NCBI GenBank assembly: GCA_015523565.1
Contig: WAKA01000029.1
Coordinates: forward strand, 1 to 35,178
Source of the DNA: Candidatus Heimdallarchaeota archaeon
GTDB taxonomy: Archaea; Asgardarchaeota; Heimdallarchaeia; Heimdallarchaeales; Kariarchaeaceae
DNA: 35,178 nucleotides
Direction of reading: 5' to 3'
Numbering within the stretch: position 1 is the first letter of the stretch; the number at the start of each line of letters is the position of its first letter. This document shows positions 8,713 to 18,318 of the stretch, one piece after another. The translations under genes and the position numbers were made by a program. The notes beneath the pieces were generated by a model. The model made no database searches, was not told where the DNA came from, and saw only the letters and a list, made by a program, of their open reading frames with translations.

Positions 8713-11700
8713 TTAGCTTTTGGATTTTTTTGATATCTTTCTTTTAAGAACAAAAGCAGAAGCGAACAGGGCAAGCACAAAGAACTGAGATATGGGTGAT
8801 GGGGATGAACTTGCCTCAGATGAAGTTACAGAAGAAGTTTCTGAAGTTGTTTCTGAAGTTGTTTGATTTGTAGGTTGTGATGAAGTAGGTGTACTAGTGA
8901 CTGGTTTTTCACCGATATAGAAGAGCAATGTCACTTTACCTTCATTACCTGCATCATCTTTTGCGATAAAGGTCAAGTTGTGTGTGACAATTGTAGGATC
9001 AACAGCATCCTTTTGCACAATCAATGTTACTTTCGTATCTTCAATAATTCTGGATACCTCTGATACGGGACGTTCAGTTCCATCCAAAATTACCGTAAGA
9101 TCGGAATAAGTGACCTTATAAGTTGAGTCAACCACTTCAAATTCGAACTTATAGACATACAAATCTTCTCCGAACACAGTTTCATTCTCTGTTAGGGGAG
9201 TAATTGTTGGTCCAAGAAGATTCAATGTCATTGTAAATCTAAGATAGTCATCGGCAGTTGTGACTTGAATATTGTGAACCCCATCCTCTGTAGCATTGTA
9301 TACCAATCTAAACCGACCGTTTCCAAGATCAGTCAATGGAATGTCTTGGGCAGGAATAGAGGTTTGCAACCTTCTTGCAGATACTTGTGTTGATGGACTT
9401 CCATTGTCATAGACTGAAAACTCGGCAACAAGTTGATCATCGGTAATATTCATGCTTTCAAGGGAAACACGATTGTTTTCCAAAAACCATTTATATGCAT
9501 TTTGAGCAAGGATACGATCGTATGGAGAATATCCTTGTGCCCCAGACGTTCCACCATTGTCTGTCCAGAAGTTGTTATCAGAAATTATTACCCTTCCACC
9601 ACCTATTTGGTCGTAAAGTGCAATTTGGGTCTTGTCCGCGGTTCCTGTTAGATAATACAAAGCCGCATTTTTGCTTTGGGCAACAGAATAATCCAGACTC
9701 AAAAAGTTGCCAAATGTAGTAACAGTTTTTGCAGACCCAACAAATGAGGTTACATTGTATATTGGTTTGATACGTTGATTAGGATCTGCTGTACTTGGAT
9801 CTGTGGAAGTTAAAGCACCAAATTTTCCAATAACCCTGTTAAGTTCAGTGGCATTGGTTCCGACAAGACCAGCATTGGTATCTGTAAACAAACCATTAAA
9901 GGTGAAAAGAAGATTACCTCCATTATCAACATAGTTTTCCAATGCGGTTATTTCACTATCCAAGAAATATTCTCCCTCATATGGAATATTAAAATCTGGA
10001 ATGCCAATTTCAACTGGGTCAGGAATCCATACAATATCATACCTTGATAAGAGGTCTGAAGTAATTTCCTCGTCAAATTCCTCAACCCAAACACCTTGAT
10101 CCATTGCCAGATCGATCATTCCGCCAGTATTTGTACCTCCAATTCGATCAGATCCAGAATCGTCCCAATCGGTATGGCGAAGGTCGAAGCCCATGATGGC
10201 ACGAGCAGGACCTGTAATTTCATAAGTAATTGAAATTTCAATCTTTTGATTATCTAACTGCACAATCAAGAAACCCGAATAAGAACCGACTGATGCACCA
10301 GTTGAATTCAGATATAAAGGAATTTCTTGAGAGTATGCATTGTTATCCCATGCAGTCTGATTAAAGAAGAGGATATCTGCCAATGATCCGTTGACAGAAA
10401 CAGAAACTTCAGCAGGATGGGAGGAGACAACCGTATATCCGTTAATTGGGGTGACAATGTCAGAAAGGTAGTTTGACCTGAATAGTCGATCATGGAGTGG
10501 AGTGACGGCAAGAGCCTTTGCAGTTCCATTTTGTGCAATGTTCATAAGATAGGTATATGAATTATAGATATTTACAAAACCCATCCCATAATCATAATTT
10601 CCACCGTCAGTTCCCTCTGCACCACGAAGTAAAGCAGCTTTTAGGGTTCCCATGTTCCATGTAATGTTGTTGGCATTAAGTGCGCTTGCCAAAGTAGCCA
10701 AAGCGCCTGAGGTGACAGGAGTTGAAAAGCTTGTCCCATCAACATAACCGAACAAATCACCAGGGTAGGTGGCGGTATAGACATTCTGTCCAGGTGCAAC
10801 CACATCAGGTTTCAGAATCTTTGAGACAGGGGTGGGACCCCTTGAACTGAAACTTGCAATATTTTTGTTATGATCTGTAGCGCCAACAGCAACAACATCA
10901 ATAAATCCACCAGGGAAACCCACAGTGCCTGGATTTGGACCTTCATTTCCAGCGGCAGCTACAACAAGAATACCTAAGTCTGTAAAAGCCTTGATAAGAG
11001 GACCGTTTGAAGGGAATGGTCCACCCAATGACAAGCTCAAAATGTCAATGGTCTGATTATATTCAAGCATTTTATTATATGCATTAAGTAAATCGTTTGG
11101 ATCAATTCCACCACTGCTTGTGGTTGGTAATGCAACAGAATAAATCGAAGCGTTCACAGCAGAACCGTATGCGTTAGGGTCTACGGAACCATCTGTGACG
11201 ATCATCCCTGCTACTGAAGTGCCATGATAGTAGAATTCGCCATTCAATGAGACAAAGACCTGTTCCTTAACTTTTCCTTTCAGGGCAGGGTGGTCAAGAT
11301 AAATACCATTATCGATTATACCAATATTAATTCCAGTTCCATTGTAACCCAAATCATAAAGTTGGGAGACACCCATCATCTGTATATCTTCAAGACCAGT
11401 TAAAGATTGTCCAGGATTTGAGATAGGATTTGGTTTTGGAATGGTGAGGGAATAATCACTCAATGGAAAAACAAAACCATTCCCATAAAGTGTTTTTGCC
11501 ACCTTTATTTGGTTAGAGTCAAGAGGAACAACAACAGCCTTCAAGTTGTCGTAAGATGCCTTTACATCAAATGAAGCCAAAAGGTCTTTATATTCCTCTT
11601 TTGATTGAGCAAAAATCACATAATCAGTTTTGACGGATTTAGACTGACTAGTTAACTTTGCATCCCCAACATTCAAAGGAACCTTTGTATTTGAGGATAC

Positions 11701-11781
11701 ATTGTTTGCGTTTATTGCCACAAGAGATGTAAACATCACTGTGAGCAAAAAGAGAGTGAACCATCTGTTATGATTCTTCAT
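8713..11781 (-). CDS. Secreted S8 subtilase with GATase-like/GIFT-like domain, Ig-like domains, Ser/Thr linker and C-terminal anchor
   Basis: Signal peptide; IIDNG, HGTSVAG, AAGNEG, SSRGP, KPDVVAPG, DGTSFSTP; YDIVWIPDP...YVDNGGNLL; C-term TTSETTSETSS linker, SP-hydrophobic helix, KRK tail. Confidence 0.9.
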   Translation of the reverse strand: MKNHNRWFTLFLLTVMFTSLVAINANNVSSNTKVPLNVGDAKLTSQSKSVKTDYVIFAQSKEEYKDLLASFDVKASYDNLKAVVVPLDSNQIKVAKTLYGNGFVFPLSDYSLTIPKPNPISNPGQSLTGLEDIQMMGVSQLYDLGYNGTGINIGIIDNGIYLDHPALKGKVKEQVFVSLNGEFYYHGTSVAGMIVTDGSVDPNAYGSAVNASIYSVALPTTSSGGIDPNDLLNAYNKMLEYNQTIDILSLSLGGPFPSNGPLIKAFTDLGILVVAAAGNEGPNPGTVGFPGGFIDVVAVGATDHNKNIASFSSRGPTPVSKILKPDVVAPGQNVYTATYPGDLFGYVDGTSFSTPVTSGALATLASALNANNITWNMGTLKAALLRGAEGTDGGNYDYGMGFVNIYNSYTYLMNIAQNGTAKALAVTPLHDRLFRSNYLSDIVTPINGYTVVSSHPAEVSVSVNGSLADILFFNQTAWDNNAYSQEIPLYLNSTGASVGSYSGFLIVQLDNQKIEISITYEITGPARAIMGFDLRHTDWDDSGSDRIGGTNTGGMIDLAMDQGVWVEEFDEEITSDLLSRYDIVWIPDPVEIGIPDFNIPYEGEYFLDSEITALENYVDNGGNLLFTFNGLFTDTNAGLVGTNATELNRVIGKFGALTSTDPSTADPNQRIKPIYNVTSFVGSAKTVTTFGNFLSLDYSVAQSKNAALYYLTGTADKTQIALYDQIGGGRVIISDNNFWTDNGGTSGAQGYSPYDRILAQNAYKWFLENNRVSLESMNITDDQLVAEFSVYDNGSPSTQVSARRLQTSIPAQDIPLTDLGNGRFRLVYNATEDGVHNIQVTTADDYLRFTMTLNLLGPTITPLTENETVFGEDLYVYKFEFEVVDSTYKVTYSDLTVILDGTERPVSEVSRIIEDTKVTLIVQKDAVDPTIVTHNLTFIAKDDAGNEGKVTLLFYIGEKPVTSTPTSSQPTNQTTSETTSETSSVTSSEASSSPSPISQFFVLALFASAFVLKRKISKKSKS
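8837..8864. repeat. 12-nt tandem repeat (GTTTCTGAAGTT x2.3) encoding the TTSE linker
   Basis: Read directly within the Ser/Thr-rich stalk of the subtilase. Confidence 0.7.
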
Positions 11782-11966
11782 GATTGAATGAAAAATGAAT
11801 AGAATATATATTTAACCAAACATCAATAAACAACTTTTCGAGAAATATGTAGTGTAAATAACCATGGGAATGAGCCTTGAATTATTAATCACATATCGGG
11901 CATTCGATGAAACATTGGAGGATTGACATACAAAAGGTCTATGAAGTTTATTGAATATGGGAAGTT

Positions 11967-12407
11967 GTGATACAAGTCAAGTTTGCTCGGATCCACAATG
12001 ATGAAACAATTGGACTGCCAACATTTGCCCACTCTACAGATGCATGTGCGGATATTAGGTCAGCAGTAGATTTGATCATTCCTCCAAAGGAATGGAGAGC
12101 TGTACCAACAGGGCTGAAAGTGGAAATTCCCCATGGCTATGAAATTCAGGTCAGACCAAGGTCTGGTTTGGCACTAAAGTATGGCATTACAGTTCTGAAT
12201 TCACCTGGGACAATTGATTCAGATTATAGGGGTGAAATAAAAGTCCTATTAATTAATCATTCCGACAAGGCATTTGAAATAAAGAAAGGGGACAGAATTG
12301 CACAAATTGCAATAAGAAAAGTTGAAGATGTACAATTTGTTTTAGTGGAGGAATTGAGTGAAACTGAGAGAAATGAGGGAGGATTTGGAAGTTCTGGAAT
12401 ATCATAA
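11967..12407 (+). CDS. dut: Trimeric dUTP diphosphatase
   Basis: All five motifs: ACADI, RPRSGLA, GTIDSDYRGE, GDRIAQ, RNEGGFGSSG. Confidence 0.95.
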   Translation: MIQVKFARIHNDETIGLPTFAHSTDACADIRSAVDLIIPPKEWRAVPTGLKVEIPHGYEIQVRPRSGLALKYGITVLNSPGTIDSDYRGEIKVLLINHSDKAFEIKKGDRIAQIAIRKVEDVQFVLVEELSETERNEGGFGSSGIS

Positions 12408-12450
12408 GAACTGAGCAAAATAAATTAATGAGATTTGATATTGAATTACT

Positions 12451-13428
12451 ATGGAGAGTTTAACTCTTTCCCGAGAAACAAAATTGGAATTGTTGGAGAA
12501 ATCCATAAGTGAGTCCTATTCAGATTTCCGTAATTGTATTGAAGGAATATATTATTCAAGGATAGAAAATGAAAAACCTGTTCTTGAGAGATATTTAATT
12601 TATTCAGAGGAAATAACCGAGGAAATTGCAAAAAACACAATAAATTTGGTTTCATCAATACTAGTTTTGTATAAGGATAAAACATCAGAAATTGAGAATT
12701 TTCAGTATATTGAACTGACAAAGAAGCAGATCATCTTTTTTAAGGGGAACAATGGTGAAATCAAGTCTTTTTCAGTCAAGAAGAAGGAAGGCATAACAAA
12801 TTTGGTATACTTCATTCAATTGTACATAGACAACATAATCCATTATGCAAAAAACATTAGTACAGAAGGGGAAAAATTAGAAGCAATCTTGGATCACGTA
12901 ATTTTTTCAAAAATATTAATGGAACATCCAAAAGCAACTGGAGGAATAAAATCACTAAAAGAAAACGAAATAGAGTCATTGTATTCAATCTATATTGAAC
13001 CATTTAAGTTGAAAAATTTAGTAATTACAAGAATTAGGTCAAATCAATTTCTTTCCCGCAAAAAAATGTTTCAAGAGCTTATAAAAACGTACACAGGAAA
13101 AGAAATTGATTATGGGTTCATAGTATTAAGAGAGGATTTTCAATCATTAACTTGTTCAAATTATGTTATTGAAAACCTTGAAGAGCGAATTTTTGAAATC
13201 TTATGGAATCAAGAGACCCATTTGCAGAAGTATTTGATGAAAATTGGAAAAGATTCAGATTTGTTCAAATTGGATGACAACCATTGGATTCTAATGTATA
13301 TGCCAATCAATAATATTCTTCTGTTTTTTATAGATGATAACAAGTCAACATTAGAGAAAATAGACAATAAAAAATCAGAAATTTACAATAGTGTTTCTTT
13401 CTTTTTTCCAGAATTTGGCAGTTTTTGA
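12451..13428 (+). CDS. Hypothetical protein
   Basis: 325-aa ORF directly after dut, composition consistent with a real gene; no motif recognised. Confidence 0.7.
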   Translation: MESLTLSRETKLELLEKSISESYSDFRNCIEGIYYSRIENEKPVLERYLIYSEEITEEIAKNTINLVSSILVLYKDKTSEIENFQYIELTKKQIIFFKGNNGEIKSFSVKKKEGITNLVYFIQLYIDNIIHYAKNISTEGEKLEAILDHVIFSKILMEHPKATGGIKSLKENEIESLYSIYIEPFKLKNLVITRIRSNQFLSRKKMFQELIKTYTGKEIDYGFIVLREDFQSLTCSNYVIENLEERIFEILWNQETHLQKYLMKIGKDSDLFKLDDNHWILMYMPINNILLFFIDDNKSTLEKIDNKKSEIYNSVSFFFPEFGSF

Positions 13429-14603
13429 ATCAGAAGGACAATCATTGCAATTGAAGCTGAAAGAATTGCAGAGAGAACGAAAGGCAAATTCAAGGAAAGT
13501 GAAATCAAAAATCCACCCATAAGTGGTCCCAATATTCTCATCAATGAGGAAATTCCCTGATTAAGTCCCATTCCAGATCCTTGAAGTTCATCATTTAGTT
13601 CCAATGAAATCTTGTTCAGCAAAGAGGGGTTAAGGAAAGCAATTGCAATAATAAGTGGGGATAGAAAAATTAAGACAAAGAGAATGGAATTCGCAGATGG
13701 GAGTAAAGCAAAAGCAAGGAATGCCAACGAGGCACCTGTGAAAATAAAAAGGTCACTCGGAAATTTTTTGGCCAATGGTCTGTAAACAAGCATTTGGGTC
13801 AATGCCAGTCCCAATCCAAAAATAGAGTAAATCATGCCCAGTACCTGTTCATTGCTTTCAGGAAATCTTTTTGGAATGTAAAGTGCGAATGCGGAGATGA
13901 AATTGCTGAATGAAAGATTATTAAGGGCAAATAGTGAAATGTAAAGTAAGGATTTTCTGTTTGACAATATAATTTTTAAGGAATCAATTGTTCCAATCTG
14001 GTTTGATTGAATTCTCTTGACAACAGGTTCAGGCAAATAAAAAAATGCCCCAAGCATGTTAATAATTGACACGCCCATTGCAAACAATCCAGGGACAAAA
14101 TACAATGGTTTTCCATTGACATGAATTTGAGCCAATGAGCCACCAATCACAGGTCCAATTGCAAACCCAATACCAAATGCGGCACTTAAGAGTCCATAGC
14201 TACGAGCGCGTAGTTTTTCAGTTGAAATATCAGCAATATAGGCATTTGCGGTTGTCAATGTAGAAGCAGTGAAAATCCCAGTAAGGATACGTGACAGGAA
14301 AAGAAGATTGAGTGTGGTTGAATAAGCAAAAACAAAAAATCCAAAACTAGTTCCCCCAATACCTATCAATATTGTCGGTCTTCTCCCTTTTTTGTCACTT
14401 ATTGTTCCCCAAATGGGTGCGGCAACAAATTGAGCAAAGGAGAAAACAGCGATGACAGCGCCATATTGTATTTCAGAAGCACCTAAATTTTCAGCGAAAT
14501 AGGGTAAAAGAGGAATGACAATGCTAAATCCCATTGTATCGATAAAAATAGACAATACAAGCAACCAGATGGTAATGCTTGAATTTTTTTGTTTCATTGG
14601 CAA
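13383..14603 (-). CDS. MFS transporter, TetA/DHA1-like
   Basis: D.MGF.IVIPLLP, motif A GTISDKKGRRP, AYIADIS, motif C GFAIGPVIGG, about 12 TMs. Confidence 0.9.
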   Translation of the reverse strand: MPMKQKNSSITIWLLVLSIFIDTMGFSIVIPLLPYFAENLGASEIQYGAVIAVFSFAQFVAAPIWGTISDKKGRRPTILIGIGGTSFGFFVFAYSTTLNLLFLSRILTGIFTASTLTTANAYIADISTEKLRARSYGLLSAAFGIGFAIGPVIGGSLAQIHVNGKPLYFVPGLFAMGVSIINMLGAFFYLPEPVVKRIQSNQIGTIDSLKIILSNRKSLLYISLFALNNLSFSNFISAFALYIPKRFPESNEQVLGMIYSIFGLGLALTQMLVYRPLAKKFPSDLFIFTGASLAFLAFALLPSANSILFVLIFLSPLIIAIAFLNPSLLNKISLELNDELQGSGMGLNQGISSLMRILGPLMGGFLISLSLNLPFVLSAILSASIAMIVLLIQKLPNSGKKKETLL

Positions 14604-14665
14604 TTCCCATCTATTCCATATTTATTTAAAATGGTTCAATAAATTTCAGGATTTATGCAGAAATC

Positions 14666-14680
14666 GATAATCGCATTATC
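14666..14680. promoter_or_regulatory. 6-3-6 inverted repeat GATAAT-CGC-ATTATC in a divergent intergenic region
   Basis: Read directly; between the MFS start (14603, -) and the small ORF start (14732, +). Confidence 0.3.
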
Positions 14681-14731
14681 AAGTCCACTAAATCTTTTTA
14701 AACCTTAAAAGAAATAAATACATGATTACCT

Positions 14732-14875
14732 ATGTCAGAAGAAGAAAAAAAAACACTACCAAAAGATGTAATGGACGAAATTAAGACCAAAGCTGACGAA
14801 TCAGGAGCTCATGATGTTTCTGAGATTGCCTCAAAGCTTGAGGGAAAAATTCCTACTGAGAAAAAAGAAGAATAA
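14732..14875 (+). CDS. Small 47-aa charged protein (not in the ORF track)
   Basis: ATG..TAA reads MSEEEKKTLPKDVMDEIKTKADESGAHDVSEIASKLEGKIPTEKKEE; TATA-like TTAAAA ~25 nt upstream; T-run immediately after the stop; fills an otherwise empty 286-nt gap. Confidence 0.7.
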   Translation: MSEEEKKTLPKDVMDEIKTKADESGAHDVSEIASKLEGKIPTEKKEE

Positions 14876-14891
14876 TTTTTTTTAATTTTTT
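14876..14891 (+). terminator. Archaeal-type oligo-U terminator after the small ORF
   Basis: TTTTTTTTAATTTTTT directly after the TAA. Confidence 0.45.
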
Positions 14892-17370
14892 AAGTTCTTT
14901 CAGTTAATCTTGATTGTATTTTTTTGATTGCATTTACATTGAATCTAATTAAGGATTCCCAAAATTCTGCACCCATATAGGGCATCAATGCCATACCAAT
15001 CAATAATATCAAAGCAGGGTTTTGAAGCCTTGGTACTGTAAGTATCATTTTGTTTACAACAAATACGATTGAAATTAGTGCAACAATTTTTGCCAAATCT
15101 AAAATCCAGTGAACAGGATCCATTGAATAGACAATATTTTTCTCTTCATCCCTAACCCAATTGATTGAAAAGTCAAGGTACAGAAAAGTGCAAACTGCCA
15201 ATGCTGCAGCTGTCAAGAAAAAAAATTCCTTTGTTGTGTGTGATTTAAAGAAAAGAGGAGTAACTTGCTGTATCAGGAAAAATAAAATGAGCAAGGGGAC
15301 AGTAAGTACAAAATTTCTAGGTTGAATATCAATTTTTGTAATCGTGGGTAGATTTAGTTTTTCGCTCCAATTCAGCATGACAATTTGTAGACTTAAGGAA
15401 GCAAGAAAGTATGAAAGCATGAAAGATGAAAGGGTAATTATTAACACGTTTCCTTTTATTTTGAGACCTATGAATTCAATAACTGGGTCATTTCTGAAAA
15501 TTGGGAAATTTCCATTCAAAGAGAAGATAAGGATCAATAAATACAGCAACATAATACCAATCTGAAAGTTTTGTATCCTTGATTGAACCTTTTCATCTTC
15601 TGATGAGGATTGAAATGTTTGATCCCATTTCAATGCCTGTAAAAACAATATAAATGAGAAAGGAAGCAAACCTACATTATTGAACAATGCAGAAACAGCA
15701 TCACCATTTGATAATAGACCAAAGAAATACAAGAAAATTGCAATAGTTGAGATGATGGCAAATACGGTAACTAGCACAAGCTCTTTTTCATTCGCTTCAT
15801 CTTTTATTCCATTATTTTGTATTTCATTGTCAGTCTTGGGGATTGGCTTTGGAAGAGTGTCTTCATTTTTTGGACTCGGCCAAATGACCAAAAAGACAGA
15901 AATCGACATCAACAAGAAATTAAAAAGGTTTTTGTCTTGTGGAGTATCTGCAAACAGGGAAACAGACCAGCTAATAACAGCAAATATGAATAATTGAGAA
16001 ACAATCAAAGTCAGGAACATACTCCAATATTTAAAAGATGGTTCCTTAAGCCTAAATGTTGGATCAAAAAATGTGGACCATCCTTTTTTGAGGGCATGTC
16101 CAAACCTGAAATGCAGTGTATTAGGTCGATGTGGAGCCAATGCCAATATCAGGAAAGGCATTAAAAATGGGGTATAATATTTATAGATGCCTCTAGGAAT
16201 TGTACCATGTGCCAAAAAGAAAAACATAGCCGCAAATCTGAAAATGAGGTATGGTTTTTCCTCAATGAATCTATAAGCAGAAAATGCGGTGTATGAAACA
16301 AAAAACAGGGTCAAAACAAATAACAGTTGAGTATTCACAAGTTTCGCCATTTTTGATGCAAATTCATAATCCTCATTTGCCACAATTGATGACACAAGGT
16401 TAGGGGCAATGCCTCCGTTTGACAAAAGATATTCCAAAGAGGGAACCGAGGAGGGCGCGCGAGAAGCCAAAAACAGTTTGATTACATAGGAACGTGGAGA
16501 CACAACAATGTAAGGAAGGGAGAAAAGAAGTGACCAAATGATAAATTCCATTAAAAATGTGAAACCCCTTAGCCAACCATATCGTCTAACCATAAGCATC
16601 AAGGCAGGCATTGCAAAGAGAAGTGGAAACTGTTTAGTCAAGAAACCGAGGGAAAGAATCACAAAGCCCATGCTGTCATGGTGTTCCAAATAGAACCAAA
16701 GATATAGGACACCAAAAAATGTCATTTGAGGGGTATTCAATCCGTAGATATTTGCATAAAACAGAGATATTGGGACAACGGAATGCATCATTCCCAATAA
16801 AAATGCAATTCCATTTCCCGTGTATCTTTTGGCTAGAATGTAGACCAGTACACTTGTCAATGAGTCAAAAATGACATTGGAAACAAGGACAGACTGCCAG
16901 GCATCTAGTCCAAAAAATATTTTCCCGATAGAAATCCAGAGAATGTAAAATGGACCATAGACATATCCACCCATTCTTTCAGGGTAGTAAATAGCAGTGG
17001 TCTCTCCTTCATAGGGGTTCCACCCATATGCAAAGTTGTCCACATAAGGCAAGTAGTACCATGAGAAGTCAACATAACCTTCTGTTTGGATAACTTGATC
17101 TGGTTCCCATCCAAAAAGCCTAGTCAACCAAAAAAACTCAGGATAGCTGTTTTTGAACTCAAAGCCAGAATTGTTGCCAACTGTTTGAATATAGAAGGAA
17201 ATAATAAAAAACTTCAACCAATATGAGACACCAAAAATTATGAGAGCAAAAACCAAATCAGTAAGCCTGTCTTGTCTTGCCTGCTTTTCAACTTTTGATT
17301 GAGCGGGTGTTTCTCGGACAAATTCTACAATTTTAACTATGGATGGCAATCTATTCTTCCAAACACACAT
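14890..17370 (-). CDS. Polytopic GT-C fold glycosyltransferase-like protein (GT87/PIG-M/DUF2029-like) with long multi-TM C-terminal extension
   Basis: First outer loop with DFSWYY..NPY..YVYGPF, then GFLTKQFPLL (conserved Lys of GT-C mannosyltransferases); many TMs; start uncertain. Confidence 0.6.
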   Translation of the reverse strand: MCVWKNRLPSIVKIVEFVRETPAQSKVEKQARQDRLTDLVFALIIFGVSYWLKFFIISFYIQTVGNNSGFEFKNSYPEFFWLTRLFGWEPDQVIQTEGYVDFSWYYLPYVDNFAYGWNPYEGETTAIYYPERMGGYVYGPFYILWISIGKIFFGLDAWQSVLVSNVIFDSLTSVLVYILAKRYTGNGIAFLLGMMHSVVPISLFYANIYGLNTPQMTFFGVLYLWFYLEHHDSMGFVILSLGFLTKQFPLLFAMPALMLMVRRYGWLRGFTFLMEFIIWSLLFSLPYIVVSPRSYVIKLFLASRAPSSVPSLEYLLSNGGIAPNLVSSIVANEDYEFASKMAKLVNTQLLFVLTLFFVSYTAFSAYRFIEEKPYLIFRFAAMFFFLAHGTIPRGIYKYYTPFLMPFLILALAPHRPNTLHFRFGHALKKGWSTFFDPTFRLKEPSFKYWSMFLTLIVSQLFIFAVISWSVSLFADTPQDKNLFNFLLMSISVFLVIWPSPKNEDTLPKPIPKTDNEIQNNGIKDEANEKELVLVTVFAIISTIAIFLYFFGLLSNGDAVSALFNNVGLLPFSFILFLQALKWDQTFQSSSEDEKVQSRIQNFQIGIMLLYLLILIFSLNGNFPIFRNDPVIEFIGLKIKGNVLIITLSSFMLSYFLASLSLQIVMLNWSEKLNLPTITKIDIQPRNFVLTVPLLILFFLIQQVTPLFFKSHTTKEFFFLTAAALAVCTFLYLDFSINWVRDEEKNIVYSMDPVHWILDLAKIVALISIVFVVNKMILTVPRLQNPALILLIGMALMPYMGAEFWESLIRFNVNAIKKIQSRLTERT

Positions 17371-17394
17371 GCATTAAAAAATCATTCTCAATGG

Positions 17395-18261
17395 TCACTT
17401 CTTGTTTTCTATCAATGTTTTTTCGCTTTTTTCGCTGTTTTCCTCTTTTGGCTTGTAAAGGAACTTAATGTTATTTTTTTCAATGTAATTGATTGACACT
17501 TGATAAATCTCTGCAATTATCCATACAGCCATAAACAAATAGGGTATTTCTATATTGTCCCTGTCTAGTATTCGAATATACCTTTGGAATTTGTTTACCA
17601 CCTTGTAAGTATGGTCAAGTCGATAGACTATCTTTTGGTTTTCATCTCTTTTTATGATATGAACTGCTGTTCTTTCAATAAGACCAGATTCATAGTTATT
17701 GGTATTCATTTCAACATTGACAGTCAGGTTTTTGGTTCCTTTTGATGTTTGAATTTGCTGTATGAACTCAATGTTGAAATTAAAGAAGTCAATTGTTTTT
17801 TCAAGATTGAACCTACAGTTTTCCTGTTCACAAATCAAATTCCTGAGAAAATCATTCTCGGTGGTATTAAACGGAAAGGATTCAAGGTCTGTATTATCCC
17901 TTACCAACAACGGTACCATGGAGAAGGATGATGGATATCCATTTTCATTTATTTGAAAATAAAAGATGTAATTGGCGGGTTTGACAGGTTGCACAATAGT
18001 GGAAATTTCACCGTCACTTCCATCAGCAACTACTTCAATTGTGGCAGACTTATTATTTTTATCGATCTTGAAAGAATCCAAATAAAATGTATTGCTTTCT
18101 TCGAATCTAAGAGTGTGTCCCCCAAAAATAGAGTAGCCACTTCGTGTTTCCGTGATAACCCATCCCTTGTCAACATATGGATTAGTGAAAATCAAAAAGG
18201 ATGGTAATACAAATATCATGAAAAAAAGGGAAACGAAAAACAAAATTTTTGATTTTTTCAT
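17395..18261 (-). CDS. Hypothetical membrane-anchored extracellular protein
   Basis: N-terminal signal/TM, beta-rich middle, C-terminal TM (IPYLFMAVWIIAEIY), charged tail. Confidence 0.7.
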   Translation of the reverse strand: MKKSKILFFVSLFFMIFVLPSFLIFTNPYVDKGWVITETRSGYSIFGGHTLRFEESNTFYLDSFKIDKNNKSATIEVVADGSDGEISTIVQPVKPANYIFYFQINENGYPSSFSMVPLLVRDNTDLESFPFNTTENDFLRNLICEQENCRFNLEKTIDFFNFNIEFIQQIQTSKGTKNLTVNVEMNTNNYESGLIERTAVHIIKRDENQKIVYRLDHTYKVVNKFQRYIRILDRDNIEIPYLFMAVWIIAEIYQVSINYIEKNNIKFLYKPKEENSEKSEKTLIENKK

Positions 18262-18318
18262 TTATGTATTGTTTATCGTATAAAATTTAATGATTTAGTT
18301 GCAACCCTATTAACAAAA

